A program made the position numbers and the translations under genes. The notes beneath the pieces are model-generated. The model was given only the letters and a program-made list of their open reading frames with translations, was not told where the DNA came from and made no database searches. DNA of 63,725 bases, counting the filler, from Octopus bimaculoides (Eukaryota), in the NCBI RefSeq assembly GCF_001194135.2. It is 3 parts of 3 records of this genome, joined end to end, with 100 filler letters (N's around TTAATTAATTAA, not from the genome) between each part and the next. Parts side by side here need not be neighbours in the genome. Positions count along the whole stretch, not along the records: positions 1 to 29,760 come from NC_068989.1; 2 more parts are not named here. One strand, written 5' to 3'. This document shows, in pieces, positions 1-13,000 of this stretch. Position 1 is the stretch's first letter. Each line of letters opens with the position of its first letter.

Positions 1-102
1 GTTATAAACACGGAGGTGACGATTTTAGAAAAAGAAAAGATTAATAATTTTAAAAATTCAAACTTTCAATTTTGTCAACCTTGCATGTGTGTGTGTGTGT
101 AT

Positions 103-335
103 AGACGGAAACTGAAAGAAGCCCGTCATATGTGTGTGTGTGTGTGTGTGTGTTTGTCCCCCACCATTACTTGACAACCGATGTTGGTGTGTTTACGTCC
201 CCGTAATTTAGCGGTTCGGCAAAAGAGACCGTTAGAATAAGTACTTACAAAGAATAAGTGCTGGGGTCGATTTGTTCAACTAAAGGCGGTGCTCCAGCAT
301 GGCCGCAGTTAAATGACTGAAACAAATAAAAGAAT
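103..335 (+). mobile_element. SINE family 1 (tRNA-headed, CORE/OR2-like), 3' half
   Basis: Has the diagnostic blocks tagacggaaactgaaagaagcccgtc, (TG)n, ...ggcggtgctccagcatggccgcag and an aaagaata tail, shared with many copies in the window. Confidence 0.8.
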
Positions 336-338
336 ATG

Positions 339-376
<38 letters not shown>

Positions 377-1226
377 TAGATAGATAAATGTAAAACGATA
401 CAACATAACAGTAACAAAGGCAAAAACAAAACACAAGACAAATAACAGCAACTAAGACATGTAAAAAAAAATACAAAATAAGGCAAACAACTTCTGTAAA
501 CAAGTCCACAACACTAGCAATTTTTACAGCAACAACAATAACTACAACATCAAAAGAAACATGAAGAAAAACAATGACAACAGATAATAAAAGAGGTGAA
601 ATGGTCTTATTATCATTATTATTATTATTATTAGTTCTGTTTTTTTGTTGTTTTTTTTGTCATTGAAGCTCAGAAGAAAAAGCGGAGTTTGATGTCTGAG
701 TGGATGTTAAAAAACTAGTTGAGAATCAAAGGGCTAAAAAGCACTTTCTGATGAAGAATGCTTTTCTTTTTTTCTTTCTCTTTTTATTTTTTATTTGCCG
801 CTGAGAAGAGAAAAACAAATTGCTTCCGGCTGTGGTACATATTTTTGGCCACGTGGTAACAAAAAGAGTTCCATGTCAAAGGTCAGATTGCAAATCTGAG
901 GAAAATAACNNNNNNNNNNNNNNNNNNNNNNNNNNNNNNNNNNNNNNNNNNNNNNNNNNNNNNNNNNNNNNNNNNNNNNNNNNNNNNNNNNNNNNNNNNN
1001 NNNNNNNNNNNNNNNNNNNNNNNNNNNNNNNNNNNNNNNNNNNNNNNNNNNNNNNNNNNNNNNNNNNNNNNNNNNNNNNNNNNNNNNNNNNNNNNNNNNN
1101 NNNNNNNNNNNNNNNNNNNNNNNNNNNNNNNNNNNNNNNNNNNNNNNNNNNNNNNNNNNNNNNNNNNNNNNNNNNNNNNNNNNNNNNNNNNNNNNNNNNN
1201 NNNNNNNNNNNNNNNNNNNNNNNNNN

Positions 1227-1268
<42 letters not shown>

Positions 1269-1284
1269 GTGTGTGTATGTGTTT

Positions 1285-1475
1285 GTATGTCTGTGTTTGT
1301 CCCCCCAACATCGCTTGACAACCGATGCTGGTGTGTTTACGTCCCCGTAACTTAGCTGTTCGGCAAAAGAGTCCGAAAGAATAAGTACTAGACTTACAAA
1401 GAATAAGTCCAGGGGTCGATTTGCTCGACTAAAGGCGGTGCTCCAACATGAAACAAGTAAAAGAATAAAAGAAAT
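1285..1475 (+). mobile_element. SINE family 1, 3' part
   Basis: tttgtccccccaacatcgcttgacaaccgatgctgg...aaagaataaaagaa. Confidence 0.8.
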
Positions 1476-2389
1476 ATTAGATATTCAGGTACAGCTTCGA
1501 TTTTCCGGAATTTTTGGTTCCAAAAGCTTTTCCGGATTACAGTTTCTTCCGAACCAGGAGTGGTTAAACAAAATACAGGTTCTTGTACATTAGTATAAAT
1601 TAGTAACGGTTATAAGATGTTCCGGAAAGTTAGTGCTGTAGCTGTACTCAGGGCTGGTTTTAAGGTTTTTAAACACATTTGTTCAAATTGGGCCCCGCGC
1701 CAAGAGAGGTTCCCCGCGCCAAGAGAGGGCCCCGCTCACTCGCTCGAACGTAGGATGCCATGAAGAATTTTTTTTGTATAGCAAGCCCTCAACGCTTTTT
1801 TGGCTGGGACTGACGCACTACACGAATCATAAACGCCATCTTCAACTTTTGCAGTGTAAAGGGCCTCACTGACAATTCTCTAATTGGGCTCCGTACTTCC
1901 TAGCGCCGACCTTTCTGTACTGTGATGATCAAGGCTTGAATGCTTTGATATACTCAATTACTGTTAACCTGGAATTAAATACCAACAACACCATCACCTC
2001 TTTATCTTCTCTGCCAATGCTCTTGGGAAGAGCAGGAATATTGCACCTGCCATAGCTCTTAACTTATAAATGTGCCAACATCGATCCTTTAAACTTCTTC
2101 CTCGGCACAGAATTACGCTGGAGCTCAATTCTGTTTGGAAACGTTCTGGGATTTTGTTAACTTTTTTCTAATTACTTGAATTATTTCATATTTTCACCAG
2201 ATTTTCCCCCCAAATCTCCTACACTGATGTAACTTTTTATTATTGATTTCTAGAAAAAAATGACCGTGATTTTCGTCATTAGCATTTAAAGCTACATTTT
2301 TTGGAAAATAATCTGGTGAAAATTTGAAATACTTCATGCGGTTGGAAGAAATTTAACAAGATCCGTATTCTGGGACCATATCAATATTA

Positions 2390-2740
2390 TCTTTTGTCTT
2401 TTCTTGTTTTATTCATTGGACTGTAGCCCTGCTGGGACAACGCCTTGATGGGTTTAATCGAATAAATCGACTCCAGGACTTATTTTTTTAGTCTGGTACA
2501 TATTCTATCGGCGTATTTGAGACGTAAACAAACGAGCACCGGTTGTGAAGCGGGAAAATATAAACATATGCACACTCATATAGATATAATATATGCGACG
2601 GGCTTCCTCACAGTTTCCGTCTATCAAATTGGTCATTGATCATCCCAGGGATATAGTAGAAAATATTTACCCAAAGTGTTGTGGAACTGAACGCGAAATC
2701 ACGTGGTTACAAAGCAAGCTTCTTAACCACACGGCCATTA
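2390..2740 (-). mobile_element. SINE family 1, diverged copy
   Basis: Reverse complement matches the family-1 tail, body (cgacgggcttc..cagtttccgtctatc) and head. Confidence 0.65.
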
Positions 2741-3189
2741 AGAAATCATTCGTTGTATGCATATTTAATCGTTAATTATCAATTAACTCCCTGCTGTACT
2801 CTTTTTTTTCTTTCTATAGTTTCAGCTGAAAGCTGCGGCCATGCTGATGCACCGCCGTTAAGAGAATGATGGGACTGAATGTGTGCTTGTGAAGGGAAAT
2901 TCTTATCATGTAGCCATGCTTTAGCACTTGCACATATATTTACATAGAGTACGTGTAGGTATGACCTGTTGGCTGTGAATTTCCACCCTACTTTAAGCAT
3001 CTTGTCCATTTATCTTAGTCCGTTGTCACGGGTCACCCTAAGGCATCTCTGTGAAGCTGCGTTGACAGAAAGTTTTGAAACCATTTGGTTGGATCGTACA
3101 TGTAACTTTAAAGATTCATCTTTGTACCTCATACAAACACATACACATGGTGGAGTTTTTCACCACAACTCTTTCATCCCGTTTCTGTT

Positions 3190-3357
3190 TTTCAAAGGGC
3201 CAGCCTTGTCACACTGTGTCACGCTGAAACTACCTAAGAACTACATTAAGGGTACACGTGTCTGTGTTAAGCCACTTACACGTTAATTTCACGAGCAGGG
3301 CTGTTCCTTTGATCGGATCAAATGGAACCGTTATCGTCGCAACCGACGGAGTGCCAC
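3190..3357 (+). mobile_element. SINE family 3, 3' part
   Basis: caaagggccagccttgtcacactgtgtcacgctg...gatcggatcaa...gacggagtgcc; homologous to 3832-4025 and 14496-14758. Confidence 0.75.
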
Positions 3358-3361
3358 GATA

Positions 3362-3492
3362 TAAACGGTGTCCACAAGGTCTGGGTACAAGGAGTAAATA
3401 AAATCGCAACATAAACAATTAGATATAAGAAATAATAATTTCTTAAAGTATGTGTTAATCCCCATGTACCCAGACTTTTTGGACACCCTGTA
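3362..3492. mobile_element. Tc1/mariner-type MITE
   Basis: Imperfect ~27-bp TIRs (aacggtgtccacaaggtctgggtaca / tgtacccagactttttggacaccctg) flanked by TA on both sides. Confidence 0.7.
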
Positions 3493-3831
3493 TATATCAC
3501 TGCGACTGCTACGAGAGACAATACACGTACATCTGTCCTCAAAGGAATTTGGTTCCAATAAAACAGTGATGAACAAATTTATCTCCACGCAGATTGTAAA
3601 AGGAATGAATGGCAGGCAGTCCACACCAGCGAAACTTCCACCGTCACATATTTTCTTGATCATCTCTTCCTTTTCCTATAGAGAATACACTCGATAAAAT
3701 TAGTACCAGTCTACTGGGGTCGATGTAATCGATTTAATTCCTTTCCCCAAAATTTGAGGCCTTGTGCTTCCAGTAGAAAGGTTTTAGTCTGAGTACTGCG
3801 CATGCACTTTTGGCTATTATTGCCGTCTTTC

Positions 3832-4025
3832 TTTATGTTGTACCTGTATTTCAAAGGGTCAGCCTTGTCACACTGTGTCACGCTGAATATCCCCGAGAAC
3901 TACGTTAAGGGTACACGTGTCTGTGGAGTGCTCAGCCACTTGCACGTTAATTTCACGAGCAGGCTGTTCCGTTGATCGGATCAACTGGAACCCTCGACGT
4001 CGTAAGCGACGGAGTGCCAACAACA
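3832..4025 (+). mobile_element. SINE family 3, 3' part
   Basis: tgtacctgtatttcaaagggtcagccttg...cgacggagtgccaacaac. Confidence 0.8.
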
Positions 4026-5508
4026 ACGCCGTCTTTCTTTATTCACTGCTGCTTTCTGTCCTCTCTTTGAAAAGTTTTCTCCTACATTTTATAATTGCAA
4101 TGTCTCTGATCAGATCCTCAAGATTATTATTAAATAATACACCTGCTTCTATACTTTGAAGAGACAAAGCATCCCGAATACTATTTTAGTTTAAAGTGAT
4201 TTCTTTCGTGCCGTAAACCATTTACTCAACATTTCTGCGGTGTCCTCTCTTTCCCTTCATGCTCTGAGCACGTGCTTAATTTGCTTACTAGGTTATCTAG
4301 AGCTGCCTCGAGAGCGTTTTAGATGTTAATGGAATTATAAAAGAAGAAAACGGTTACTCTCCTCCAGTTTCATCTCGTCTGCAAATAAAAAATTATTCGT
4401 AGCATTTACTTTTTCGCCACAGTTTGTGTGTGTGTGTGTGTGTTGTGCGTGTGTGTGTGCGCCTCTATCTATCTCAAACATTCTCTCTCTCTTACTCTCG
4501 ATTTTTCTCCCTCCTCCCTGCCTCTCGCTAATACACAACAAACACATTGAGAGAGAGAGAGAGAGAGAGAATTGCTGTGAAGACAAAAATATCTCCCTAC
4601 GGTATGTAAGTACTAAGAACACGNNNNNNNNNNNNNNNNNNNNNNNNNNNNNNNNNNNNNNNNNNNNNNNNNNNNNNNNNNNNNNNNNNNNNNNNNNNNN
4701 NNNNNNNNNNNNNNNNNNNNNNNNNNNNNNNNNNNNNNNNNNNNNNNNNNNNNNNNNNNNNNNNNNNNNNNNNNNNNNNNNNNNNNNNNNNNNNNNNNNN
4801 NNNNNNNNNNNNNNNNNNNNNNNNNNNNNNNNNNNNNNNNNNNNNNNNNNNNNNNNNNNNNNNNNNNNNNNNNNNNNNNNNNNNNNNNNNNNNNNNNNNN
4901 NNNNNNNNNNNNNNNNNNNNNNNNNNNNNNNNNNNNNNNNNNNNNNNNNNNNNNNNNNNNNNNNNNNNNNNNNNNNNNNNNNNNNNNNNNNNNNNNNNNN
5001 NNNNNNNNNNNNNNNNNNNNNNNNNNNNNNNNNNNNNNNNNNNNNNNNNNNNNNNNNNNNNNNNNNNNNNNNNNNNNNNNNNNNNNNNNNNNNNNNNNNN
5101 NNNNNNNNNNNNNNNNNNNNNNNNNNNNNNNNNNNNNNNNNNNNNNNNNNNNNNNNNNCTCCGTGTGTGGTTGTGGTGGTGGTGGGAGGATGAAATAGAG
5201 AGAGAGGAGAGGGAGAAAAGGAGGGGAAGAGAGAGAGGTAGGAAAAGAGAGAGAGAGAGAGAGAGAGAGAGAATTGCTGTGAAGACAAAAATATCTCCCT
5301 ACGGTATGTAAGTACTAAGAACACGCACGCGCATATGTGTGTATGTATATACGTTCATCGACATGTACATATAGATACATAACTGGGTACATGACGTGGC
5401 AAAAGAACAAGGACAAAATGGTAAACAAGGTGCAACAAACAAGCAGGCCACATAGAAACATCCCCTTCATCAGCTGCCACCATTAAAACTCCGGCGTTTC
5501 GAAGAATT

Positions 5509-5545
<37 letters not shown>

Positions 5546-5750
5546 GAATGTGTGTGTGTGTGTATAAATAAATATAGACATACATGCATACATACATAGA
5601 CATGTATACACAAATATATATATATAAACATATGCACACACATGTATATGTTTATATATATATATATGTGTGTATATATGTTTATATGTAAGTATATTTG
5701 TTTATGTATATATGTATATATACATACGCATACGTATGCATACATTTGTT

Positions 5751-5781
<31 letters not shown>

Positions 5782-6043
5782 TTGTAAATGCATGTCTATG
5801 TATGTATGTATGCATATGTCTATATTTATTTATACACACACACACACACACACACANNNNNNNNNNNNNNNNNNNNNNNNNNNNNNNNNNNNNNNNNNNN
5901 NNNNNNNNNNNNNNNNNNNNNNNNNNNNNNNNNNNNNNNNNNNNNNNNNNNNNNNNNNNNNNNNNNNNNNNNNNNNNNNNNNNNNNNNNNNNNNNNNNNN
6001 AATAGAAGGGAAAAGGAATAGATTTAATTGCCTTATTTATCAA

Positions 6044-6075
<32 letters not shown>

Positions 6076-6181
6076 TAATAATAATAAATTGATATATAAA
6101 AATAAAATTCATTATTCAAAAGAATTTACGGATCTTTTACGGAGGGATTGTGAAGTTGACGACAGTTGCTCATGTTATCCA

Positions 6182-6227
<46 letters not shown>

Positions 6228-6565
6228 TCATATGTAAAGCTGATAAAACCTCGAATGGAAGCAAGGAAAAGGAAAAGGTTTAAATTAATATGCTGTGGTG
6301 GTGGTGGTGGTGGTGGTGAGTTTATATAAGCTGTCGTTCAGATCAACACACCACCACTCTCTCCGTTCTGTTTTTCTCTCTCTCTACGATTTGCTGGAAA
6401 TAACAGCCAAATCTCTCTCAATGCCACACGTTAACATTATATAAACGCGAGGACACATTGGATAAGATGGGAAGTTTTTCTCACCCAGACAAACGCGTTA
6501 AGAGCAAACCGTGTTCTACGTGACACATTCAACCAGTATCCCAAGTTTCAAACTGTTTAGTTACT

Positions 6566-6903
6566 CTCTTTAATCTTCACTCTTTTACTTGTTTCAGTCA
6601 TTTGACTGCGGCCATGCTGGAGCACCGCCTTTAGTCAAGGAAATCGACCCCAGGACTTATTCTTTGTAAGCCTAGTACTTATTCTATCGGTGTCTTTTGC
6701 CGAACCAGCATCGGTTGTCAAGCGATGTTGGGGGGCAAACACAGACACACAAACACACACATATATATATACACATATACATATATACGACGGGCTTCTT
6801 TCAGTTTCCGTCTACCAAATTCACTCACAAGGCTTTGGTCAGCCCGAGACTATAGTAGAAGACACTTGCCCAAGGTGCCACGCAGTGGGGCTGAACCTGG
6901 AAT
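6566..6903 (-). mobile_element. SINE family 1 (repeated across the gap at 7735-8110)
   Basis: Family-1 tail and body in reverse orientation; a near-identical sequence reappears after the N gap. Confidence 0.8.
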
Positions 6904-9324
6904 NNNNNNNNNNNNNNNNNNNNNNNNNNNNNNNNNNNNNNNNNNNNNNNNNNNNNNNNNNNNNNNNNNNNNNNNNNNNNNNNNNNNNNNNNNNNNNNNN
7001 NNNNNNNNNNNNNNNNNNNNNNNNNNNNNNNNNNNNNNNNNNNNNNNNNNNNNNNNNNNNNNNNNNNNNNNNNNNNNNNNNNNNNNNNNNNNNNNNNNNN
7101 NNNNNNNNNNNNNNNNNNNNNNNNNNNNNNNNNNNNNNNNNNNNNNNNNNNNNNNNNNNNNNNNNNNNNNNNNNNNNNNNNNNNNNNNNNNNNNNNNNNN
7201 NNNNNNNNNNNNNNNNNNNNNNNNNNNNNNNNNNNNNNNNNNNNNNNNNNNNNNNNNNNNNNNNNNNNNNNNNNNNNNNNNNNNNNNNNNNNNNNNNNNN
7301 NNNNNNNNNNNNNNNNNNNNNNNNNNNNNNNNNNNNNNNNNNNNNNNNNNNNNNNNNNNNNNNNNNNNNNNNNNNNNNNNNNNNNNNNNNNNNNNNNNNN
7401 NNNNNNNNNNNNNNNNNNNNNNNNNNNNNNNNNNNNNNNNNNNNNNNNNNNNNNNNNNNNNNNNNNNNNNNNNNNNNNNNNNNNNNNNNNNNNNNNNNNN
7501 NNNNNNNNNNNNNNNNNNNNNNNNNNNNNNNNNNNNNNNNNNNNNNNNNNNNNNNNNNNNNNNNNNNNNNNNNNNNNNNNNNNNNNNNNNNNNNNNNNNN
7601 NNNNNNNNNNNNNNNNNNNNNNNNNNNNNNNNNNNNNNNNNNNNNNNNNNNNNNNNNNNNNNNNNNNNNNNNNNNNNNNNNNNNNNNNNNNNNNNNNNNN
7701 NNNNNNNNNNNNNNNNNNNNNNNNNNNNNNNNNNTCTCTTTAATCTTCACTCTTTTACTTGTTTCAGTCATTTGACTGCGGCCATGCTGGAGCACCGCCT
7801 TTAGTCAAGGAAATCGACCCCAGGACTTATTCTTTGTAAGCCTAGTACTTATTCTATCGGTGTCTTTTGCCGAACCAGCATCGGTTGTCAAGCGATGTTG
7901 GGGGGCAAACACAGACACACAAACACACACATATATATATACATACACGACAGGCTTCTTTCAGTTTCCGTCTACCAAATTCACTCACAAGGCTTTGGTC
8001 AGCCCGAGACTATAGTAGAAGACACTTGCCCAAGGTGCCACGCAGTGGGGCTGAACCTGGAATAATATGGTTGGGAAGCGAGCTTCATACCACATAGCCA
8101 CGCCTGCAACTACATATCTTTTTATCTTTTTACTTGCTTCATTCATTGAACTGTGACCATTCTGGGGCATCGTCTTGTAGGATTTAGCCGAACAAATCGA
8201 TGTCCACTGCATGTTTTTTTTTTTTTAGAGCCTGGTACCCATTGCGTGGATCTCTTCTGCTGAGTCGCTAAGTTATGGCAACGTAAACAAACTAACATTG
8301 GTTGTGAAGAGGTGGTGGTGGTGGGGCAAACACAAACACACATACATGCTTGACAACCGGTGTTGGTGTGTTTACGCCCCCGTAACTTAACGGTTCAGTA
8401 AATAGACCGATAGAATAAGTATTAGGCTTTAAAAAAAGATAACAAGCACTGGGGGTTGATTTGTTCGACTAAAATTCTTCAAAGCACTCCTCCAACATGG
8501 CTGCAGTCTAATGACTAAAAAGAATAAAAGAACTATATATATATAATACAAAGAATATATATACATGTATACACACATATATGTACATACTTACATCTAC
8601 ATGTGTATATATATGCATATCAGGGTACAGGACGTTAGAACAATGAACTACAGACAACGGAACGAACACATAGGAAAACGGAAAGCCACTTGGAATATTC
8701 CTTCATCAGCTGTCTCTATTCTAACCTGACGTTTCGAAATATATTTATATACGCAAAACATCAAGACAGTTAGGTGATACAAGAAAGGGACAAAACATCC
8801 AGATAGACGATACAAAGAAAACACGGACAGGTCATTCAGAGTTTTCTCTCTTCAATCGAGACCCAGATCATCCTTGCAATTTCGGCTGGTTATTCTCGAT
8901 NNNNNNNNNNNNNNNNNNNNNNNNNNNNNNNNNNNNNNNNNNNNNNNNNNNNNNCCAGCCCCAAGGAAAAACTAAGCTAAGAGCATTAGATTCCTTGGAA
9001 GAAAGCAGCGAATGTATACAAAAACAAGGACGGAAAAAACGAACAATGTTACACAAATACAGTAGGAATAATAACGGGACATAACAACAGATGTCTTTCG
9101 ACTAGGGACGAATAAAATTTAGCTGATATATATATATATATTCTTCGAAACGCCGGTGTTTTAATGGTGGCAGCTGATGAAGGAGATGTTTCTATGTGGC
9201 TTGCTTGTTTGTTGTACCTTGTTTATCATTTTGTCCATGTTCTTTTGCCACATCATGTACCCAGTTATGTATCTATATGTACATGTAGATGAAGGTGTGT
9301 ACATATATATGCATATACTCATAT

Positions 9325-9362
<38 letters not shown>

Positions 9363-9469
9363 CTGTTGATCGTTAGAGTCATAACAAGCTTTGCAAGATA
9401 ATGAAAAGGAATGTGAAATTCCAGCAACTCGTTGTTTATCATCAACACAGAAGGTGGATTACACACACA

Positions 9470-10030
9470 CACTCAACAGGATTCCACACACTTCCCAGTC
9501 TACCAAATTCAGGTATTCTTTGGTTATCTCATCCCCATTAAAAAATTGGGTTATCTCCCCGCGTTTTACGAGAAATATCGGTAGTTTTGGTTATCACCTT
9601 CGACTAAAAAAAATTGTTTAACCCTCAATCAAATAAAGAAAGCAGAATGAAAAAATTAATAAACATAAAAAGTGAAAGGATGAAACATCGTTTTGAATCT
9701 GATAACATTTTTATAACAAATCATACCATTTCTATTGAGGAGGTCAAACGCCAACAATGAGTTGAAGTATTGAATCGAAAGGATCTAACTCTTTTAATCT
9801 AATCTCTTGTCGCCACATTAACTCGATTTTTTAGTGGGGAAATAACCCAAGTTTTTAATGGCAATTTTTTAATGGGTGTGAGATAACCAAAAAGTACCCA
9901 AATTCACTTACAAGGCATCGGTCAGCCAAGGGCTATAGTAGAAGACATTTTACCCCAGGTACCGCACAGACGGCCTGAACTCGAAACCACACGTTTAAAA
10001 AGCGAGTTTCTTAACCAGACAGCCACGCAT
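9470..10030 (-). mobile_element. SINE family 1, 5' half, interrupted by a MITE
   Basis: gtctaccaaattca|...|caaattcacttacaaggc rejoins the family-1 consensus once 9512-9906 is removed. Confidence 0.7.
9512..9898. mobile_element. Merlin-like MITE (8-bp TSD, TIRs starting GGTA)
   Basis: ~37-bp imperfect TIRs (ggtattcttttggttatctcatccccattaaaaaatt and its reverse complement); exact 8-bp duplication caaattca at 9504-9511 and 9899-9906. Confidence 0.7.
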
Positions 10031-11586
10031 GTGTGTGTGTGTGTGTGTTACTATATGTTCTTATATTTAAGAATTTATACAACGCACTCAAATGTTCTCT
10101 CTCCGAACATGAATGTTAAGTGAAGCACCGAGTGTGCGCTCACGTGTTTGTGTTTATCTTTTTGTTCCCCCCCACCACCATCTCCATTACAATTGCTAAA
10201 GTAATGCACTGAACGTTCTCAAGTGTCCAAGGGAAGAAAGAACCAGCATGTAGGTGTTACTGGAAACAGTCAAGTTATAAAACTACTAGGCCTTCTTTGA
10301 TTCTGTTTCTAATCATGTGATTCTCTTTGATGTTGCCGCTTTGATTTATCGACAGGCTGAAAAATTATTGTCGTTATTATTATTATTAGAAGTTCTCGAT
10401 CTGATTTTGAAAAGAAAGAAAATAAAAAAAGGCAAAATGGGGAACTAACACTTGTCTGTTAATGTGCCTCTGTTTCTATATCACTTTGATTTTCACGATT
10501 AATCCACCTTCTGTATTGATGATAAACAACGAGTTGTTGGAATTTCACATTCCTTTTGGTTATCGTGCAAAGCTTGTTATGACTCTAAAGACCAACAGTG
10601 AATATGGTAATCACGTTGTTTCTTACTGAAAGAGTGAAACATAAAAAAAAGATAATGGAATGCACCTAAGTACAGCTCTTTGATTTACATTCATGTCTTT
10701 CTTGAAAAACAAATCGCTCTTTCTCTCTCCCTCTCTGTATATATTTTTATATACACGTACACATTAGAGGCGCAGGAGTGGCTGTGTGGTAAGTAGCTTG
10801 CTTACCAACCACATGGTTCCGGGTTCAGTCCCACTGCGTGGCATCTTGGGCAAGTGTCTTCTACTATAGCCGTTTGGGCTAGATATACAGAATAAACATG
10901 CATGTAAATAGAGAAAAATAAAAAAACAAAATCAAAAAATATTCAGACGATAAATATTCATGTATAAAATATATAAATATCTCTATGTTTTTACATGAAT
11001 ATTCATCGCCTGTTTATTTGCACTCCTTGTTTTTCTCTTTTTACATGTATACAGGTATGTATATTTTGTATAACTAGCCCAAGCGGGTTATTTGTTTATT
11101 TGCATCATTATCTCAATATCTGCTCACCTGGATTCTTCTTATGGCCACTCTTTACCCCGCGGACTTATTCCTCGTTTAAAGATTTTGGAGTGTAGGTTCA
11201 AACCATTTGAGCGCTGCAGAGTGTTTTCAGTGTACTTAATGGTATACACAACACGTGATGGATGAGGATGATGATGATGAGGAGGAGAAGAATAAATAAT
11301 TTATTTTTTTAAAAAATTTCGCTCGCGAACAGAAAAGGTACAAAGTCAAATAAATAAATAAATGAATAAATCTGGTGATAATTGGGAACTACGCTAAATG
11401 AGAAGGGGAGATAATTTTAAGAAATTTAAAATAAAATTCACGGTTAAATATAATCGTGAATGAACCAAATCAAAAGACTGGCTCTTGAAGGCACGAGAGA
11501 AATATATATATATAGTTGCCATGATTGATCGCTGACCAAAACATTCAATTTTTTTCTCCGTGTTTTTCTCCTTGTTTTCTCCGTAT

Positions 11587-11623
11587 TCTTTCTGTTGAAG
11601 AGCGTAGCTCGAAACGTTAAAGA
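11587..11623 (+). ncRNA. Minimal type-I hammerhead ribozyme motif (variant core) in a Penelope-type repeat
   Basis: Helix I tcttt/aaaga, core ctgttga plus an extra A, helix II gagc-gta-gctc, then GAAAC-GUU with the palindrome aacgtt. Confidence 0.6.
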
Positions 11624-12436
11624 CTTTCTGTATTCCCGAGCGTTAAACTAATACATCCTTTTGTTGTTTACACCACCTGTCCTCGTCTGTTGTTTATTTC
11701 GTAAATTCTCCCACATATATATATATATTTATATGTTCCCAGGAACTCTGGGAATGAGTATCAAATTGTCTCCCCCATCCTCCCGTCACCAAGTATGCTA
11801 ATTCAACCGTGAAATTATTCTGGATTCTCCAGTTACTGTGCAAGGGATTGGGCCGCCATTATATACATGCCTTTAGTGAAAAATGGATAGAATTGGAAAG
11901 AAAACGATGAAATTGAATCATCTTTGACATAGGAGGAGACAAACACTCCTTGATGAGGGTGATAATGGTGATGACGGTGATGACGGTGATGACAACGACT
12001 ATGAGGATAAAGGGGACGATAATGATAATGTAACCCAAACCCTTGCGCGAGTTCACTGTCGGACGGAACTGCTCTGAAAATACGGAAGAGCAACGTTTTA
12101 CGTCTAGGCACAAGGAAAATAAGAACACCATCAGGAAAATTTAACAATCGTATACAGGAAACAGAAGAAATGAAATGAATACTAACATCATGGGAATATC
12201 TGCGAGTAATTGAGAAGATGATGGCTAAATTGTAAGGAAATATAACACAACGGTGTGATCGAAAAATCGTATTTTTAATGGGATTTCTAATGGAAAATGT
12301 TAAAGAAAAATTGCTGATTGGTACTGGACAATTTCATGTAGAGTGATATAACAAAACTACAAGGAAAACCTTTCAGTAAAATTTCATACAGGTGTATATA
12401 TCAAAACACATACACACCACCCAAAGCAAAAATTAA

Positions 12437-13000
12437 AAAATCTATTACGTATGTGGGAAATTCTGTCTGTAGGTGTGTTTGTGGAATTGTTAGCTAACTC
12501 CTCCTACATCGTTTTATCGATTTTGATGAAACTTGACACTTGAGTAGAACTCTTGTCTGGAAACCTCATGGCATACTCAGATTGTTGAAAAAAAAATCGA
12601 TAATAGGGCCCCTGGAAGGGGTCCTTATAGATATCTAATATATTCTATTTTAAAAAACCAAGGGAAATAACCCATTTGCCCCTGGAAGGGATCCTTATAT
12701 ATAGCCAAGGAGAATAACTCATCATTTTTCTAAATTATTTCGTAAAAATGAAATTGAGTATGCTTCTTTCTTAGTATTTGAACTGTTAGAGTTATTTTCG
12801 CAATTTATCTAGTACAACCCTTAAACAAGTAAATAGTATTTTCTTAAACTTATTTCGGTTAGCGACTTATTCACGAATATACCAACACTAGCGCCCCTGA
12901 GGGTAATATTCTATGGGAACGTACGCACAAAAGCCCTTTTCAGAGTTATTTACTTTGAATTGTTATTATCTCATATCTGATTTGCCTGTTATTACGTAAC
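12437..13000 (+). mobile_element. Possible non-autonomous Helitron-type repeat
   Basis: Begins A|TC (tctattacgtatg), followed by ctgtctgt and atcgattttgatgaaacttg motifs typical of such elements; no clear 3' CTRR end. Confidence 0.3.

Noticed and set aside
1645-2180. hAT-like left end (cagggctggttttaagg…gggcccc) followed by a faint HERO-like reading on the minus strand
   Set aside because: No matching right TIR or TSD, and the peptide similarity is too weak to support
4550-5325. Direct repeat flanking a gap (…gaattgctgtgaagacaaaaatatctccc…agaacacg)
   Set aside because: Identical sequence on both sides of an N gap is typical of overlapping contig ends
6566-8062. Near-exact 340-bp tandem duplication of a SINE across a gap
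   Set aside because: Probably an unmerged contig overlap or a haplotype pair; the same applies to 23575-23630/24420-24475 and to the 46111-46150 stutter
8825-8865. Second hammerhead-like string on the minus strand (ttgaaga-gag-aaaa-ctc-tgaa…gtc)
   Set aside because: The GAAA is broken and no helix I can be drawn; at most a decayed motif
10769-10872. tRNA-like sequences with A and B boxes (here and at other SINE heads)
   Set aside because: They continue into SINE bodies and do not form complete cloverleaves; not tRNA genes
11860-12180. Acidic GDD/GDN-repeat stretch
   Set aside because: It has stops in all plus frames and no splice or domain evidence; probably a trinucleotide repeat or a decayed transposon
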